Notes: generated from the sequence alone by a model not told the origin. Positions 35,637-46,498 are shown, counted from the first letter of the stretch. The stretch is DNA of 64,000 bases from an uncultured Pseudomonadota bacterium (GCA_963847705.1 CAWKBC010000027.1:800001-864000); one strand, 5' to 3'. Program-made: numbers and translations.

Positions 35637-35998
35637 GCCGACTCGCCGTCCGCGGACGCCACAGCGCGGCGGGACGGTCCGGCGTTGCTGATGGGGAGCG
35701 AGCCGAAGCGCTCCACGAAGCCCTTCAGCAGGCGGTCGAGCTCATCCTGCGGTTGCGGCGCCTCGGCGAAGCGGATCCAGCGCGCGCCCGCGCTGACCGC
35801 CCGCTCGATTTGACGCGCGCCGCGCCCGGCCACGAAGCGCCGCAGCGTCTCGTCGGGATCGGAGCAGGCATAGAGAACCATCGCGCTCCGGCCCGAGCGG
35901 TAGTCCATCGCGCCCTCGGCGCGGGTCTGCAAGACGCCGGCAACTTCCGGGGCCGCGGTTCTTGCATCAGAGATCTTGTGCCAGGCTCCAAAATGCAC
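35633..35998 (-). CDS. Hypothetical protein, possibly a degenerate GIY-YIG-like fold
   Basis: GTG 35998 with TATGCT 6 nt upstream; stop overlaps the purM start; APEVAGVLQ...MVLY...[13 protein letters not shown] pattern. Confidence 0.6.
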   Translation of the reverse strand: MHFGAWHKISDARTAAPEVAGVLQTRAEGAMDYRSGRSAMVLYACSDPDETLRRFVAGRGARQIERAVSAGARWIRFAEAPQPQDELDRLLKGFVERFGSLPISNAGPSRRAVASADGESA

Positions 35999-36055
35999 GC
36001 GCGCAGCATAACAAACCACGCGCGGTTCGCTCAGTGTATTCTCCGGTTTCGCACG

Positions 36056-36916
36056 ATGGCCTGGTACAAACGCGAGAACAGCGACGACGATCTTTCGGAA
36101 GAAAAACGGAGCGTCCCGGCCGGGGTGTTCACCAAGTGCCCCGCGTGCCGGGCCGCCCTGCTCACGGCTGACCTGGAGAAGAACGACAACGTCTGCCCGC
36201 AGTGCGAGCACCACTTCCCGCTCTCCTCGGCGCGCCGGATCGAGCTGGTGCTGGACCCCGGCAGCTTCGTCGAGGCGGACGGGTCGATCGAGAGCGTCGA
36301 CCCGCTCAGCTTCCGTGATTCGAAGAAGTACAGCGACCGGCTGAGGGCGGCCCGCCGGACCGCCGGCAGCGCCGACTCCCTGCGCTCCGGCTCGGGCCGG
36401 ATCGAGGAGATCCCGGTCGAGCTCGGCGTCTTCGTGTTCGAGTTCATGGGCGGGTCGATGGGCTCCGTCGCGGGTGAGAAGATCACCCGGGTGTTCGAGC
36501 GGGCGCTCGAGCGGAAGGTGCCGGCGCTGATCTTCTCGGCCTCGGGCGGCGCGCGCATGCAGGAGGGGGTTCTCTCGCTGATGCAGATGGCCAAGACGTC
36601 GGCGGCGCTCGGGCGCCTGCGCGAGGCCGGGCTGCCTTACCTCTCGATCTTGCTGCACCCGACCACCGGCGGCGTGGCCGCCAGCTTCGCCATGCTGGGC
36701 GACGTGATCATCGCCGAACCCAAGGCGCAGATCGGGTTCGCCGGCGCGCGGGTCATCCAGAACACCATCCGCCAGCGGCTGCCGGCCGGCTTCCAGCGTG
36801 CCGAGTTCCTGCTCGAGCACGGGTTCCTCGACGCCATCGTGCCGCGGAAGGAGATGCGCGCCACCCTGGCGCGGCTCCTCCGCCACCTCGGCACGCGCGC
36901 CCCCGCGCAGGCGTAG
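36056..36916 (+). CDS. accD: Acetyl-CoA carboxylase carboxyltransferase beta subunit
   Basis: C4 zinc finger (CPAC...CPQC), FMGGSMG, SGGARMQEG, PTTGGVAASFA. Confidence 0.96.
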   Translation: MAWYKRENSDDDLSEEKRSVPAGVFTKCPACRAALLTADLEKNDNVCPQCEHHFPLSSARRIELVLDPGSFVEADGSIESVDPLSFRDSKKYSDRLRAARRTAGSADSLRSGSGRIEEIPVELGVFVFEFMGGSMGSVAGEKITRVFERALERKVPALIFSASGGARMQEGVLSLMQMAKTSAALGRLREAGLPYLSILLHPTTGGVAASFAMLGDVIIAEPKAQIGFAGARVIQNTIRQRLPAGFQRAEFLLEHGFLDAIVPRKEMRATLARLLRHLGTRAPAQA

Positions 36917-36926
36917 GCCGGCCCCC

Positions 36927-38219
36927 ATGGCGCCGTCGTCCGCGCGCTACGTCGATCTGCTGGCCCGGCTGGCGGGCGCGGCGAAGAGCCTGGGTGTCGA
37001 CATGGGACTCGGCCGCGTTCGCACCGCGCTGGAGCGGCTCGGCGATCCGCAGAAGCGGTTCGCGGCCGTCCAGATCGCCGGGACCAACGGCAAGGGCTCG
37101 ACCGCGGCGATGACCGAGGCCATCCTCCGTCGGGCTGGCCTCCGCACCGGCCTTTACACCTCGCCCCACCTGGCGCGGTTCACCGAGCGCATCCGGGTCG
37201 CCGGGCGTGAGGTCGACGGCGAACGGCTGGCGGCGCTCGACGCGCGGGTCGTGGCGACCGGCGTTCCGCTGACCTACTTCGAGATCGCCACCGTGCTCGG
37301 CTTTCTCGTCTTCGCCGAGGACGCCGTCGACGCCGCGGTCCTGGAGACCGGCCTGGGCGGCCGGCTCGACGCGGTGACGACCGCCGAGCCGCTGGCCACC
37401 GCCATCACCTCGATCGGCATCGACCACACCGCCTACCTCGGCACCACGCTGGCCGAGATCGCGCGCGAGAAGGCGGGCATCCTCAAGCCCAACGTCCCCT
37501 GTTTCCTGGGGCGTCTCCCGGAGGAGGCCCACCGCGAGATCGCCCGCCGCGCCGCGGAGGTCGGGGCGCCGCTGCGCCACCTCGGGTCGGACTTCTCGCC
37601 GCCCCTGGGACCGCTCGGTCTCGGCGGGCCTCACCAGCGGGACAACGCCGCGGTCGCGCTGGCCCTCGCGCGCGCCGTCTCGGGACAGCTGGGCCGACCG
37701 CTCGACGACGCCACGGTGAGGGAGGCGCTGGCAGGCACGGCCTGGCCCGGACGCCTCGAGCGGGTGGGGAAGGACCTGCTGCTCGACTGCGCGCACAACG
37801 CCGAAGGGGCCCGCGCGCTCGCGGCCGCGTTGCCGGAGATCGCCGCCGGACGGCGGATCGTCTTCCTGATGTCCGTCGCCGAGGACAAGGACGTCCGTGG
37901 CATCCTGGCGGCGCTGGGGCCGCTGGGTTACGCGCTGGTGGCCACCCGGGCCGACAGCCCGCGCGCGCTGCCGGCCGCGGCGCTCGCCACGGAGGCGGCG
38001 CGGTTCTTTCCCAGACGGACCGCCGTCGCCGCTCCGACGGCCGCGCTCGCCGAGGCGCGCCGGCGCGCCGCCGGTGGGCTGGTCGTCGTGTGCGGCTCGA
38101 TGTTTCTGGTCGGTCCGCTGCGGGCAGCGCTCCTGGGCGACGCGGTCGATCCGCAGCGGACCTCGGATCCGCTCGCGCCGGCCTCGCCAGGACCGCCGAC
38201 CTCTGTCCGTCGGGCCTGA
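36927..38219 (+). CDS. folC: Folylpolyglutamate/dihydrofolate synthase
   Basis: AGTNGKGST, YTSPHL, ETGLGGRLDA, EKAGI, WPGRLE, DCAHN. Confidence 0.95.
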   Translation: MAPSSARYVDLLARLAGAAKSLGVDMGLGRVRTALERLGDPQKRFAAVQIAGTNGKGSTAAMTEAILRRAGLRTGLYTSPHLARFTERIRVAGREVDGERLAALDARVVATGVPLTYFEIATVLGFLVFAEDAVDAAVLETGLGGRLDAVTTAEPLATAITSIGIDHTAYLGTTLAEIAREKAGILKPNVPCFLGRLPEEAHREIARRAAEVGAPLRHLGSDFSPPLGPLGLGGPHQRDNAAVALALARAVSGQLGRPLDDATVREALAGTAWPGRLERVGKDLLLDCAHNAEGARALAAALPEIAAGRRIVFLMSVAEDKDVRGILAALGPLGYALVATRADSPRALPAAALATEAARFFPRRTAVAAPTAALAEARRRAAGGLVVVCGSMFLVGPLRAALLGDAVDPQRTSDPLAPASPGPPTSVRRA

Positions 38220-38233
38220 GCGCTGGCCGCCGG

Positions 38234-41200
38234 CTACCAGCCGGCGACGTGGAGGCCGCGGGGGACGGCCTTGCGGCGCGGCGGAACGGGCTGGACGGCG
38301 TAGGCGGTCTTGGCGGCGGCCACCGGCTCGGTCTCGATGGTGAAGTAGAAGAGGCGCAGGAAGTTGTGGCGGCCCACCCGCTCGTGGCCGAAGAGGCCGC
38401 CCAGGACCTCCCACATGAAATCGCCCGGCCGTTTGACGCCCGAGTCGTAGAAGGGGAAGACGTAACGGCGGTAGGTGCCGTCGGGGCGGCCGTCGGCCAT
38501 CAGTCCTTCGCTGTGATAGTAGTTCGGGAAGACCCAGGTCCCGACGTGGTTGGCGCTCTGGCGGCGGACGAAGAAGGGGAAGACCACGGTCGTCCGATCG
38601 GGGCCGCGCTTGAAGTCCCAGAGCAGCGGGAAGCCGACCATGCTGACGTCGGTCGGCGTGCTGTGCCGGTAGAAGAGCAGCGGCAGGATGACGGTGGTGG
38701 TGTCGTGGGTGACCTCGTCCGCGAAGCGCCCGAAGATCGGCAGCAGCATCGTGGTGCGCCCGAGGTGGTACTCGTGCAGGTCGTAATAGAGCGGCACCCC
38801 GACGTACGCCGAGGTGGCGATGTCCCGGTAGTGCCAGAAGAGCACCAGCGTGCTCGAGAGCCCGCTCTCCGGGTTCCCGCGCGAGACATGCAAGAGCGGC
38901 GGGATGACGGTGGTCGTGGTCTCGGTCGCCTTGTTGGTATGGCTGAAGACCAGCGGCGCCAGCATCGAGAACGAGCTCTTCGGGCTGTCGGTGTGGAGGA
39001 TGGGACCCGCGTACCAGAAGTGCGACGGGCCGCGCCGGTGATAGCCGGCGAGCAAGGTGTAGAACGAGAGGTGATCCTTCCCGCTCCCCTCGTAGAAGAG
39101 GGGCAGGAGCGCCTGCGAAGCGTCGCCGTTGGCGTCGTTGCGCGAGTACCAGGCCAGAGGCAAGAGGCCGCGTGTCCGCTCGGACTGGTGGTGCGACCAG
39201 TAGAAGGGACCGGCCAGGGTCGAGGAGCTGTCGGCGGCCGTGCTGGCGAAGTGCCAGAAGATCGGAAAGACGATGTCGCTGCGCCGGTCCTTGTTGACGT
39301 CCGACCAGTAGATCGGGAAGAGCGCGTTGACCGTCCCGGCCGGATCGCGGTCGTGGAAGAAGAGCAGGCAGGAGAACCAGTCCCGGGTCCCGTCGGCGCT
39401 CTTGCGCTGGAAGAGCAGAAGCGGCGGCACGATGGTCATCGTGCGCACGCTGTTCTCGGCGTAGGCAAACAGCGGGAACAGGCCGACCAGGTGGGCGTCG
39501 GGGGTGGAGCGTTCGAAGTAGGGGCCGACCACGGTCGTCTGCCGCCCGCCGAACGAGGAGTGCCAGAAGATCGGCAGCAGCGTGTCGACCCCGTCGCCGT
39601 TGGCGCGCCGCATGCGGAAGTAAGAGGGGACGATCCAGGTGTCGCTCTCCTTCGCGTCGGCGTAGTGACCGAAGAGCGGGATGATCCCCTGGCTCTTGTA
39701 ACCGGGACCCTCCACGCGGAACCAGGGGCCGACCTGCGTCAGGTGCTGGCCGTCGCTGCGGCGCAGGACGTCCGCGTAGAGAAGCGGAACGACCCCCGCG
39801 TCGAAGTTGCTGTTCTTGAACCAGACGTAGGGGCCGACGAAGCCGCCGCTGCCGTTCGGCGTGTGCACCGAGGCGCCGAGCAAGCTGGCGAAGAGGTGCG
39901 TCTGTGCGTCGCGGTGATAGTAGAAGAGCGGGAAGACGGTCAGGCTCTTGGCGTCGCTTCCACCCGGTCGCGCGCCGCGCCGGTAGTAGAGGAGCGGAAA
40001 GAGGCCATCGGTCGTCTCGCCGCCCCAACGCTGGTGCCAGTAGGGGCCGACGACGGTCGTCGACTTGTCGGCCGCCCGGTCGGCGAAGTGAAAGAAGAGC
40101 GGCAGCAGCGCGAAGTGCGAGCGGTCGTGGCCGATGCGCCAGTAGAGGAGCGGGATGATGGGGCCGATGGCCACGCTGGTCCCGTCGCGGTCGCGCTCGA
40201 CGAACCCCAGCGGCGTGACGGTGGCGCTCTGCCCCTGGCGCTCACTGGCGGTGTGAAAGAAGAGCGGGAACTGCACGGCGTAGCTCTCGCCGTCGTGATG
40301 GCCGTAGAAGAAGAGCGGCGTCACCGCGCCGTCGGCGCCGTGCGGATCCCGGTGTGCGTAGTAGAGCGGGAACAGAACCGTCGTCGATGACCGCTCGCTG
40401 GCGAAGTGCCAGTAGAGCGGAAAGACCACGCCGTGACCGCGGCCGGCATTCTCGCCGAAGTAGGCGATCGGAAACAGGCCGCCGCTCCAGCCGCCGTTGG
40501 TGAAGTGACGCCAGTAGGCCGGGCCGACGATGGTGGTGGTGTCGCGCGGACCGGAGCGATGCGCGAAGAAGGGAAAGAGCGCCGTCGCGGTGGAGCCGGT
40601 CGCCGCGTCCCAGAAGTGCCAGAAGAGTGGGAAGAGGGAGGTGGTCGATCCCTGGGGATCGGTCCGCCGGTAGAACAGCAGGGCGACGAGCCGGCCCATC
40701 GCATCGGCGGTGCGATCTTCGTGGCTCAGGTAGAGCGGGGTGAGCATCATTCGCTCGCCGCCCCGATCGCGGTGGGCGAAGGAGAGAAGCGGGACCGCCA
40801 CCCAGGTGCGGGTCCCGTCGCGGTCGTCACGGCTGTAGCCGCCCAGCGGCGTCACCAGGTTGGTGGCCAGGCCGTGCTCCGCGCGATCCCAGTAGAAGAA
40901 GGGGACCAGCAGGCGGTGGGCGCGGCCGGTCTTGTCGTCGCCGCCGGTCCACCAGAACGGTGGGAACGCGTTGAAGTACCAGCCACCCTCGCGGATGTGG
41001 ACGTACGGAACGGCCACCGTCGTGTTCGAGGTCGGGCCGCGAAAGCTCCAGACCAGCGGGAAGACGATCGTGGTGCCGTCGTCCTTCCCTTCGAAGTCCC
41101 ACACCAGCGGGAAGAGGACGTGGTAGCTCGAGTGCGCCGTCTCATCGCCGCCCCACCAGTAGAGCCAGGCCACCGAGCGGCTGTACTCGGGCCCGTCACG

Positions 41201-42075
41201 ATGGCTGTACCCGAGCCAGGTCAAGAGGCGGTAGCCGGTCTTGTGGCCGTTGTAATAGAAGAACGGGAGGGCCAGCAGGTTGGCGTCGTCGTCGTGCCGC
41301 CAGTAGAAGCTCAGCGGCAGCGCGAAGGTGAAGGCGTGGCTGGCCGTGCGGGTGGAGAAGAAGATCGGGAACCCGAGAATCGCTCGAATCGGGTGGGCGA
41401 GCGCCACCACCAGTAGAGGTAAGCAGCCGCCCCGAAGGAGCTCGAGGTCTCGGGGTTCTTGAAGCGGAGCGTGCCGAGGATGGGCGCCGCCCAGCTTCCG
41501 GTGCCCGACGCATAGAAGAGCGGAATCACCCCGAAGGAGTGCGTGTCGCCCTGGTGCCCGCTGACGATGGGGCCGTACCAGGTGATGAGGCTTCGCTTCG
41601 CGCGGTCCTCGAACCGCCAGTAGAACGGCGCGAAGATCAGGGTGTCGCTGGTCGGGCTCCAGTAGTGCCAGTAGAGCGGCGCCACGACGCGGTAGCCGGT
41701 GGTCCCTTTTTGCGACCAGTAGAGGCCGAGGAACTCGCTGAACCCGCCGTCGCGGTAGTAGAGGTAGGCGACGTTGGTCCGCAGCTGGATGGGCGTGCAG
41801 ACGTTGGACTGACAGATGTTGTCGCCCGTGCAGTCCTCGTCGCGCCGGCAGCTCTGCGGGGCCGGCGTGCTGGCGGTTGGAGCGGGCGCGGCTGCCGCTG
41901 GCGCGGCCGGAGCATCTGCAGCCACCTTGCGGAAGGGATCGAGGCGCAGCGGCCTTCCGGAGGCGTGGCTTCCGGCCGCGTGGCCGAACGGATCCGGCGC
42001 CCCCGCGCGCGCCCTTCCGGCAACGCAAACGAGGACGACCAGTGAGGCGACGAGGACGAGAGGGCGGCGGTTCAC
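38234..42075 (-). CDS. Very large secreted aromatic-rich repeat protein, ~1279 aa after removing two inserted bases at 41377-41390
   Basis: Signal peptide (VNRRPLVLV...ARA), C-x5-C-x5-C-x4-C motif, then dozens of FPLFW/PLFY/GPYW repeats in both frames; the 2-nt offset between frames matches two GAATC sites. Confidence 0.8.
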
Positions 42076-42091
42076 GAAATCGGGGCGGTCC

Positions 42092-42667
42092 CTACTGCGG
42101 GGGGAGCATCTTCCATTCGCCGTTCTCGCGAACAAAGGCGACCTCGCCGGTGTCGCTCTCGTCGCCCTTCTGGCGAAGGACCTTCAAGGTGGCGGTCTCC
42201 CCCTTGATCTTCGATTCCTTGATCTGGAACTTCGTTCCTTCGAACTCTTTCTGCATCTTCTTGATGCCTTCCTGCGCCTGACCGAGGCCCATCTGCGTGG
42301 CCAGCATCCCCTGGTACATGAGCGCGTAGCAGTCGATGGCCTTCTCGCCCGCGCCGTCGACCAGCGCCTTGCGCCAGCGCTCGAACGTCTTCTCCGGCGT
42401 CGAGAACTCCGGACGCGGCGGCGCCAGCTGGAAGGAGATCGAGCGGATCTTCTCCCTGGGCAGCTTCATCGGCTGACCGTTGGTCTCGACGGTGTAGACG
42501 CCGTCGTAGTAATGGATGATCTTGGCGTTCAGCTTGGTCTTGTCGACCAGCTCGATGGTCTCCGCGCGCGCGAAGGCCGCCCCGAGGCTGGTCGTCAACA
42601 GAGCGGCCGTCAACAGAACGGCCTTTGCGGTGGCCGTCACCACCGAGAATCGTTTGTCGTAAGTCAT
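42092..42667 (-). CDS. Secreted hypothetical protein (small beta domain plus NTF2-like domain)
   Basis: Signal peptide; STPEKTF...ATLKV...FVRENGEWKM pattern; strong codon bias. Confidence 0.72.
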   Translation of the reverse strand: MTYDKRFSVVTATAKAVLLTAALLTTSLGAAFARAETIELVDKTKLNAKIIHYYDGVYTVETNGQPMKLPREKIRSISFQLAPPRPEFSTPEKTFERWRKALVDGAGEKAIDCYALMYQGMLATQMGLGQAQEGIKKMQKEFEGTKFQIKESKIKGETATLKVLRQKGDESDTGEVAFVRENGEWKMLPPQ

Positions 42668-42697
42668 GGTCGTCCCCGGCAATTCGACCGCGCGGGC

Positions 42698-43942
42698 CTA
42701 GAGCGAGATGCCCGGCGCCGGGAACTTGCTGGTCAGCTCCAGGACCTCCGACAGCACCTTCGCCGCCGTGGCGTCGGTCGGGTCGCTGACGACCCGATCG
42801 ATCCACAGCGCGATCTGGCGCATCTCGGTCTCGCCCATTCCGCGGCTGGCCACCGACGGCGAGCCGAGCCGGATCCCCGAAGGATCGAACGGCTTGCGCG
42901 TGTCGTAGGGGACGGCGTTGTAGTTCAGCTCGATGCCCGCCTTGTCGAGCGCCTTGGCGGCGATCTTGCCCGACACGTTCTTGTTGGTCAGGTCGATCAA
43001 CATCAGGTGGTTGTCCGTTCCGCCCGACACGACGTCGAACCCTTTGGACATCAGCGTCTCGGCCATCACCTTGGCGTCGGCCACCACGCGCTTGGCGTAG
43101 GTCTTGAAGTCCGGCTGCGCGGCCTCTTTGAGCGCGACCGCCAGCGCCGCCGTGTTGTGCACGTGCGGCCCGCCTTGAATGCCGGGGAAGACCGCCTTGT
43201 CGATCGCCTGGGCGTACTCGGCGCGGCAGAGGATCATGCCGCCGCGCGGGCCGCGCAGCGTCTTGTGCGTCGTGGTGGTGACGACGTCCGCGTGGGGGAT
43301 GGGGGAGGGGTGCACGCCGCCGGCGATGAGGCCGGCGATGTGGGCGATGTCGGCGCAGAACTTGGCCCCCACCTCGCGCGCGATCGAGCCCATGATCTCG
43401 AAGTCCCAGAAGCGCGAGTAGGCCGAGCCGCCGGCCCAGAGGAGGGCAGGGCGCTCTCTTTTGGCCAGATCCCGGATCTCGTCGTAGTCGAGCAGGCCCG
43501 TGTCCTTGCGGATCCCGTAGGGAACCGACGTAAAGTACTTGCCGCTGATCGAAACGCTCCAGCCGTGGGTCAGGTGCCCGCCCATCGGCAGCGCCAGCCC
43601 CATCACCTTGTCGCCCGGCTTGAGGAAGGCCAGATAGACGGCCAGGTTCGCGGGCGAGCCCGAATAGGGCTGGACGTTGGCGTGCGCGGCGCCGAAGAGC
43701 GCCTTGGCGCGATCGATGGCCAGCGTCTCCAGGGGGTCGACGAACTCCTGCCCCTCGTAGTAGCGCTTGCCCGGGTATCCCTCACTATACTTGTTGGTGA
43801 AGACGGAGCTCGACGCCTCGAGGACCGCCTTCGAGACGTAGTTCTCCGACGGGATCAGGCGGATCTTCGCGGCCTGGCGCCGTTCTTCGGCACGACAGAG
43901 CTCGAAAACCTCGGGATCACTCGCGGAAAGTGCTTCCATCAT
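42698..43942 (-). CDS. glyA: Serine hydroxymethyltransferase
   Basis: LIPSEN, KYSEGYPGKRYY, GGHLTHG, TTTTHKTLRGPRGG, FPGIQGGP. Confidence 0.97.
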   Translation of the reverse strand: MMEALSASDPEVFELCRAEERRQAAKIRLIPSENYVSKAVLEASSSVFTNKYSEGYPGKRYYEGQEFVDPLETLAIDRAKALFGAAHANVQPYSGSPANLAVYLAFLKPGDKVMGLALPMGGHLTHGWSVSISGKYFTSVPYGIRKDTGLLDYDEIRDLAKRERPALLWAGGSAYSRFWDFEIMGSIAREVGAKFCADIAHIAGLIAGGVHPSPIPHADVVTTTTHKTLRGPRGGMILCRAEYAQAIDKAVFPGIQGGPHVHNTAALAVALKEAAQPDFKTYAKRVVADAKVMAETLMSKGFDVVSGGTDNHLMLIDLTNKNVSGKIAAKALDKAGIELNYNAVPYDTRKPFDPSGIRLGSPSVASRGMGETEMRQIALWIDRVVSDPTDATAAKVLSEVLELTSKFPAPGISL

Positions 43943-44016
43943 GGCAGCGGAAGCTAGTCTCCCCTTGGGTCGTTCGTCAATGGCTCTTCCCCGGTTCGTA
44001 GTTAGATGTAGGTGAA

Positions 44017-44046
44017 TCTGGTATTTCGACCAGAAATGCGGCATTT
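44017..44046. promoter_or_regulatory. Two adjacent operator-like palindromes in the divergent glyA / lipid-operon promoter region
   Basis: TCTGGT-ATTTCG-ACCAGA (44017-44034) and AAATGC-G-GCATTT (44034-44046) in an AT-rich intergenic stretch. Confidence 0.5.
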
Positions 44047-44062
44047 AATGGTCCAGTTGCAC

Positions 44063-45187
44063 ATGCAAAAGCTCCGCGGTGCGTTGATCGGCTACGGATT
44101 CATCATGGAGAAGGGGCACGCGGCTGGCTATCAGCAGCGTGGTGACGTGGAGATCGTGGCGATCGCCGACATCTCCCCCACCCAGCGGGCCGTGGCCCAG
44201 GCCGCCTGGCCGAACGCGCGTCTCTATGGTGACGCGCGCGCGCTGCTGGCGGCCGAGGCCGACGAGATCGACTTCGTCGACATCGCCACCCCGCCCAGCG
44301 ACCACGCGGAGATCGCCCTCGAGGCGCTGTCGCTCGGGCTCCATGTCCTGTGCGAAAAGCCGCTGGCCGCGACGATCGACGAGGCGCGGTCGATGCTCCG
44401 CCAGGCGGTGAAGTCGGAGCGGGTCATCTTCCCCTGCCACAACTACAAGCACGCCCCGGTGATCAAGACGGTGCGCGGCATCCTCAAGACCGGCCGCATC
44501 GGCAAGGTCCACCTGGTGACGTTGCAAACCTTCCGCAACACGCACGCCAAGGGGGTCACCGGCTGGCGCACCGACTGGCGGCGCGAGCGCCGCTTCTCGG
44601 GCGGCGGCATCGCCATGGACCACGGCAGCCACACCTTCTATCTGGCGTTCGAGTGGCTGGGGTCGTACCCGACCGGCATCACCGCGCGGGCGGCCACTCT
44701 CGGTCCGTTCGACACCGAAGACGACTTCGCCTGCAGCCTGCGCTTCCCGACCGGCACCGCCTCGGCGCACCTGTCGTGGAACGCCGGGGTGCGCAAGGTG
44801 CTCTACACGCTGCACGGCGAGCACGGCGCCATCCGCGTGGAGGACGACGACGTCGAGCTGGCGGTGCAAGAACGTGGCGTGGGCGGCGCGAGTGGCGCCG
44901 GACCCACGACCTGGACCTTCGAGCGGCAGGCGATCTCGTCCGACTGGATGGACTCCAGTCATGTCACCTGGTTCAACTCGCTGTTCGACGACTTCAAGGC
45001 GGCGATCGCCAAGCGTGAGTTCGTGGGCCGCGAGGCGGAGGAGGCCTTCCTCTGCGTGCAGCTCATCTCGACCGCCTACGCCTCGGCCCGCGACGGCAGC
45101 CGCGAGCTTCCGCTCTCCGGCCTGGCCGCGCTGGCCGGCGACGACGTTTCGGACCGGATTTTGCGAAAGGACGGCGGGCGTGTCTGA
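44063..45187 (+). CDS. Gfo/Idh/MocA-family NAD(P)-dependent dehydrogenase
   Basis: ALIGYGF, DIATPP..H, HVLCEKP, GGGIAMDHGSH; exact start uncertain. Confidence 0.9.
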   Translation: MQKLRGALIGYGFIMEKGHAAGYQQRGDVEIVAIADISPTQRAVAQAAWPNARLYGDARALLAAEADEIDFVDIATPPSDHAEIALEALSLGLHVLCEKPLAATIDEARSMLRQAVKSERVIFPCHNYKHAPVIKTVRGILKTGRIGKVHLVTLQTFRNTHAKGVTGWRTDWRRERRFSGGGIAMDHGSHTFYLAFEWLGSYPTGITARAATLGPFDTEDDFACSLRFPTGTASAHLSWNAGVRKVLYTLHGEHGAIRVEDDDVELAVQERGVGGASGAGPTTWTFERQAISSDWMDSSHVTWFNSLFDDFKAAIAKREFVGREAEEAFLCVQLISTAYASARDGSRELPLSGLAALAGDDVSDRILRKDGGRV

Positions 45188-46025
45188 CCTCTACATCGCG
45201 ATCGCCGTGACGAGCTTCTTCGTCGCGGCTCTCCTCGTCTACTTGATCCGCTCGGCCCTGGTCGGCCGGGTCCGCCATGCGCGCACCGAGGCCGACGGCG
45301 GCAGCGTGTTCGTCAACAAGACGACGATGGAGATGGTCTACTGGCTCATCGATCCGATGATCTCCTTCATCGCCGCCCTGCGGATCACGCCCAACATGGT
45401 CACCCTGGGCTCACTGATCCCGGCCGCGGGGGCGGGCGTGGCCATCGGGTGTGGCTGGTTCGGTCTGGGGGCGACGCTGGCTGTTCTGGCGGCCTTCGGT
45501 GACATCATCGACGGCCTGCTGGCCCGCAAGATGGGCCTCTCATCGGACGCAGGCGAGCTGGTCGATGCGGCAGTCGATCGCTACGGAGAGATGTTCTTCT
45601 TCGGAGGCCTCGTCTACTACTACCGCGATCACGATCAGGTCCTGTTCATCGTCCTGGCCGCCATCATCGGGTCCTTCATGGTCAGCTATACGACCGCCAA
45701 GGCCGAGGCGATGGGCGTCCCGGCCCCGCGCGGCGCCATGCGCCGGGGCGAGCGCGGCGCTTACCTGATGACCGGCGCGGCCTTCACGCCGCTGGCGAGC
45801 GCGTTGTTTGCGCGTTCGCCGTCGCTGGCTTTGCGCGAGATGCCAATCCTGCTGGCGCTGTCGATCGTGGCGGTGGTGGCGAACATCTCGGTCGTGCAGC
45901 GGCTGCTGGCCATCGCCACGCTGCTCCGCGAGCGCGACGCGGCGGCCAAGAGCAAGGCGTCAGCGGCGGCGTTCGACGACGAGGCCATGGCCACGAAGCC
46001 CGACGTCCCCGTCGGGATGGTTTAG
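45180..46025 (+). CDS. CDP-alcohol phosphatidyltransferase (PI/PIP-synthase-like)
   Basis: ITPNMVT; DIIDGLLAR-x8-G-x3-D-x3-DR signature; SYTTAKAEAMG...GAMRRGER. Confidence 0.9.
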   Translation: MSDLYIAIAVTSFFVAALLVYLIRSALVGRVRHARTEADGGSVFVNKTTMEMVYWLIDPMISFIAALRITPNMVTLGSLIPAAGAGVAIGCGWFGLGATLAVLAAFGDIIDGLLARKMGLSSDAGELVDAAVDRYGEMFFFGGLVYYYRDHDQVLFIVLAAIIGSFMVSYTTAKAEAMGVPAPRGAMRRGERGAYLMTGAAFTPLASALFARSPSLALREMPILLALSIVAVVANISVVQRLLAIATLLRERDAAAKSKASAAAFDDEAMATKPDVPVGMV

Positions 46026-46032
46026 AGCCGGC

Positions 46033-46476
46033 TTGACGGATCGACCGCCAGACCGCTCGGCGGAGGGCGCGCCGAAGGGGTTCTGGCAATGGATGCGCCA
46101 CCACGCGGCGGCGATCGCCGCCACCGGCGCCGACTACCTGGTGATGATCTCCTGCGTGGAGCTCCTGCACCTCAGCCCCGTGGCGGCCACGCCGCTGGGA
46201 GCGCTGTCAGGCGCGGTCACCAACTTCACGCTGGGGCGGCGGTTCACTTACAAGAAGACCGACGTCCCGGTCCCCAGCCAGGCCTGGCGTTACGCGCTCG
46301 TGTCGGGCGCCAGCCTGGGACTGAACACGGCCGGTGAGTATCTCTTCCAGCACGTCCTTCACATCGAGTATCTCTTGGCCCGCGTCATCAGCTCCGTGAT
46401 CGTGAGCAACGTCTGGAACTACCCGATGCAGCGATATTTCGTATTCTCAGCGCCACCAGCGGTCAAGAACGCCTGA
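46033..46476 (+). CDS. GtrA-family small membrane protein (putative flippase)
   Basis: Four hydrophobic segments; ATGADY, VTNFTLGRRFTY, WNYPMQRYFVF; start uncertain. Confidence 0.82.
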   Translation: MTDRPPDRSAEGAPKGFWQWMRHHAAAIAATGADYLVMISCVELLHLSPVAATPLGALSGAVTNFTLGRRFTYKKTDVPVPSQAWRYALVSGASLGLNTAGEYLFQHVLHIEYLLARVISSVIVSNVWNYPMQRYFVFSAPPAVKNA

Positions 46477-46498
46477 GCGTCCGCCCCCCTCGCCCCCC

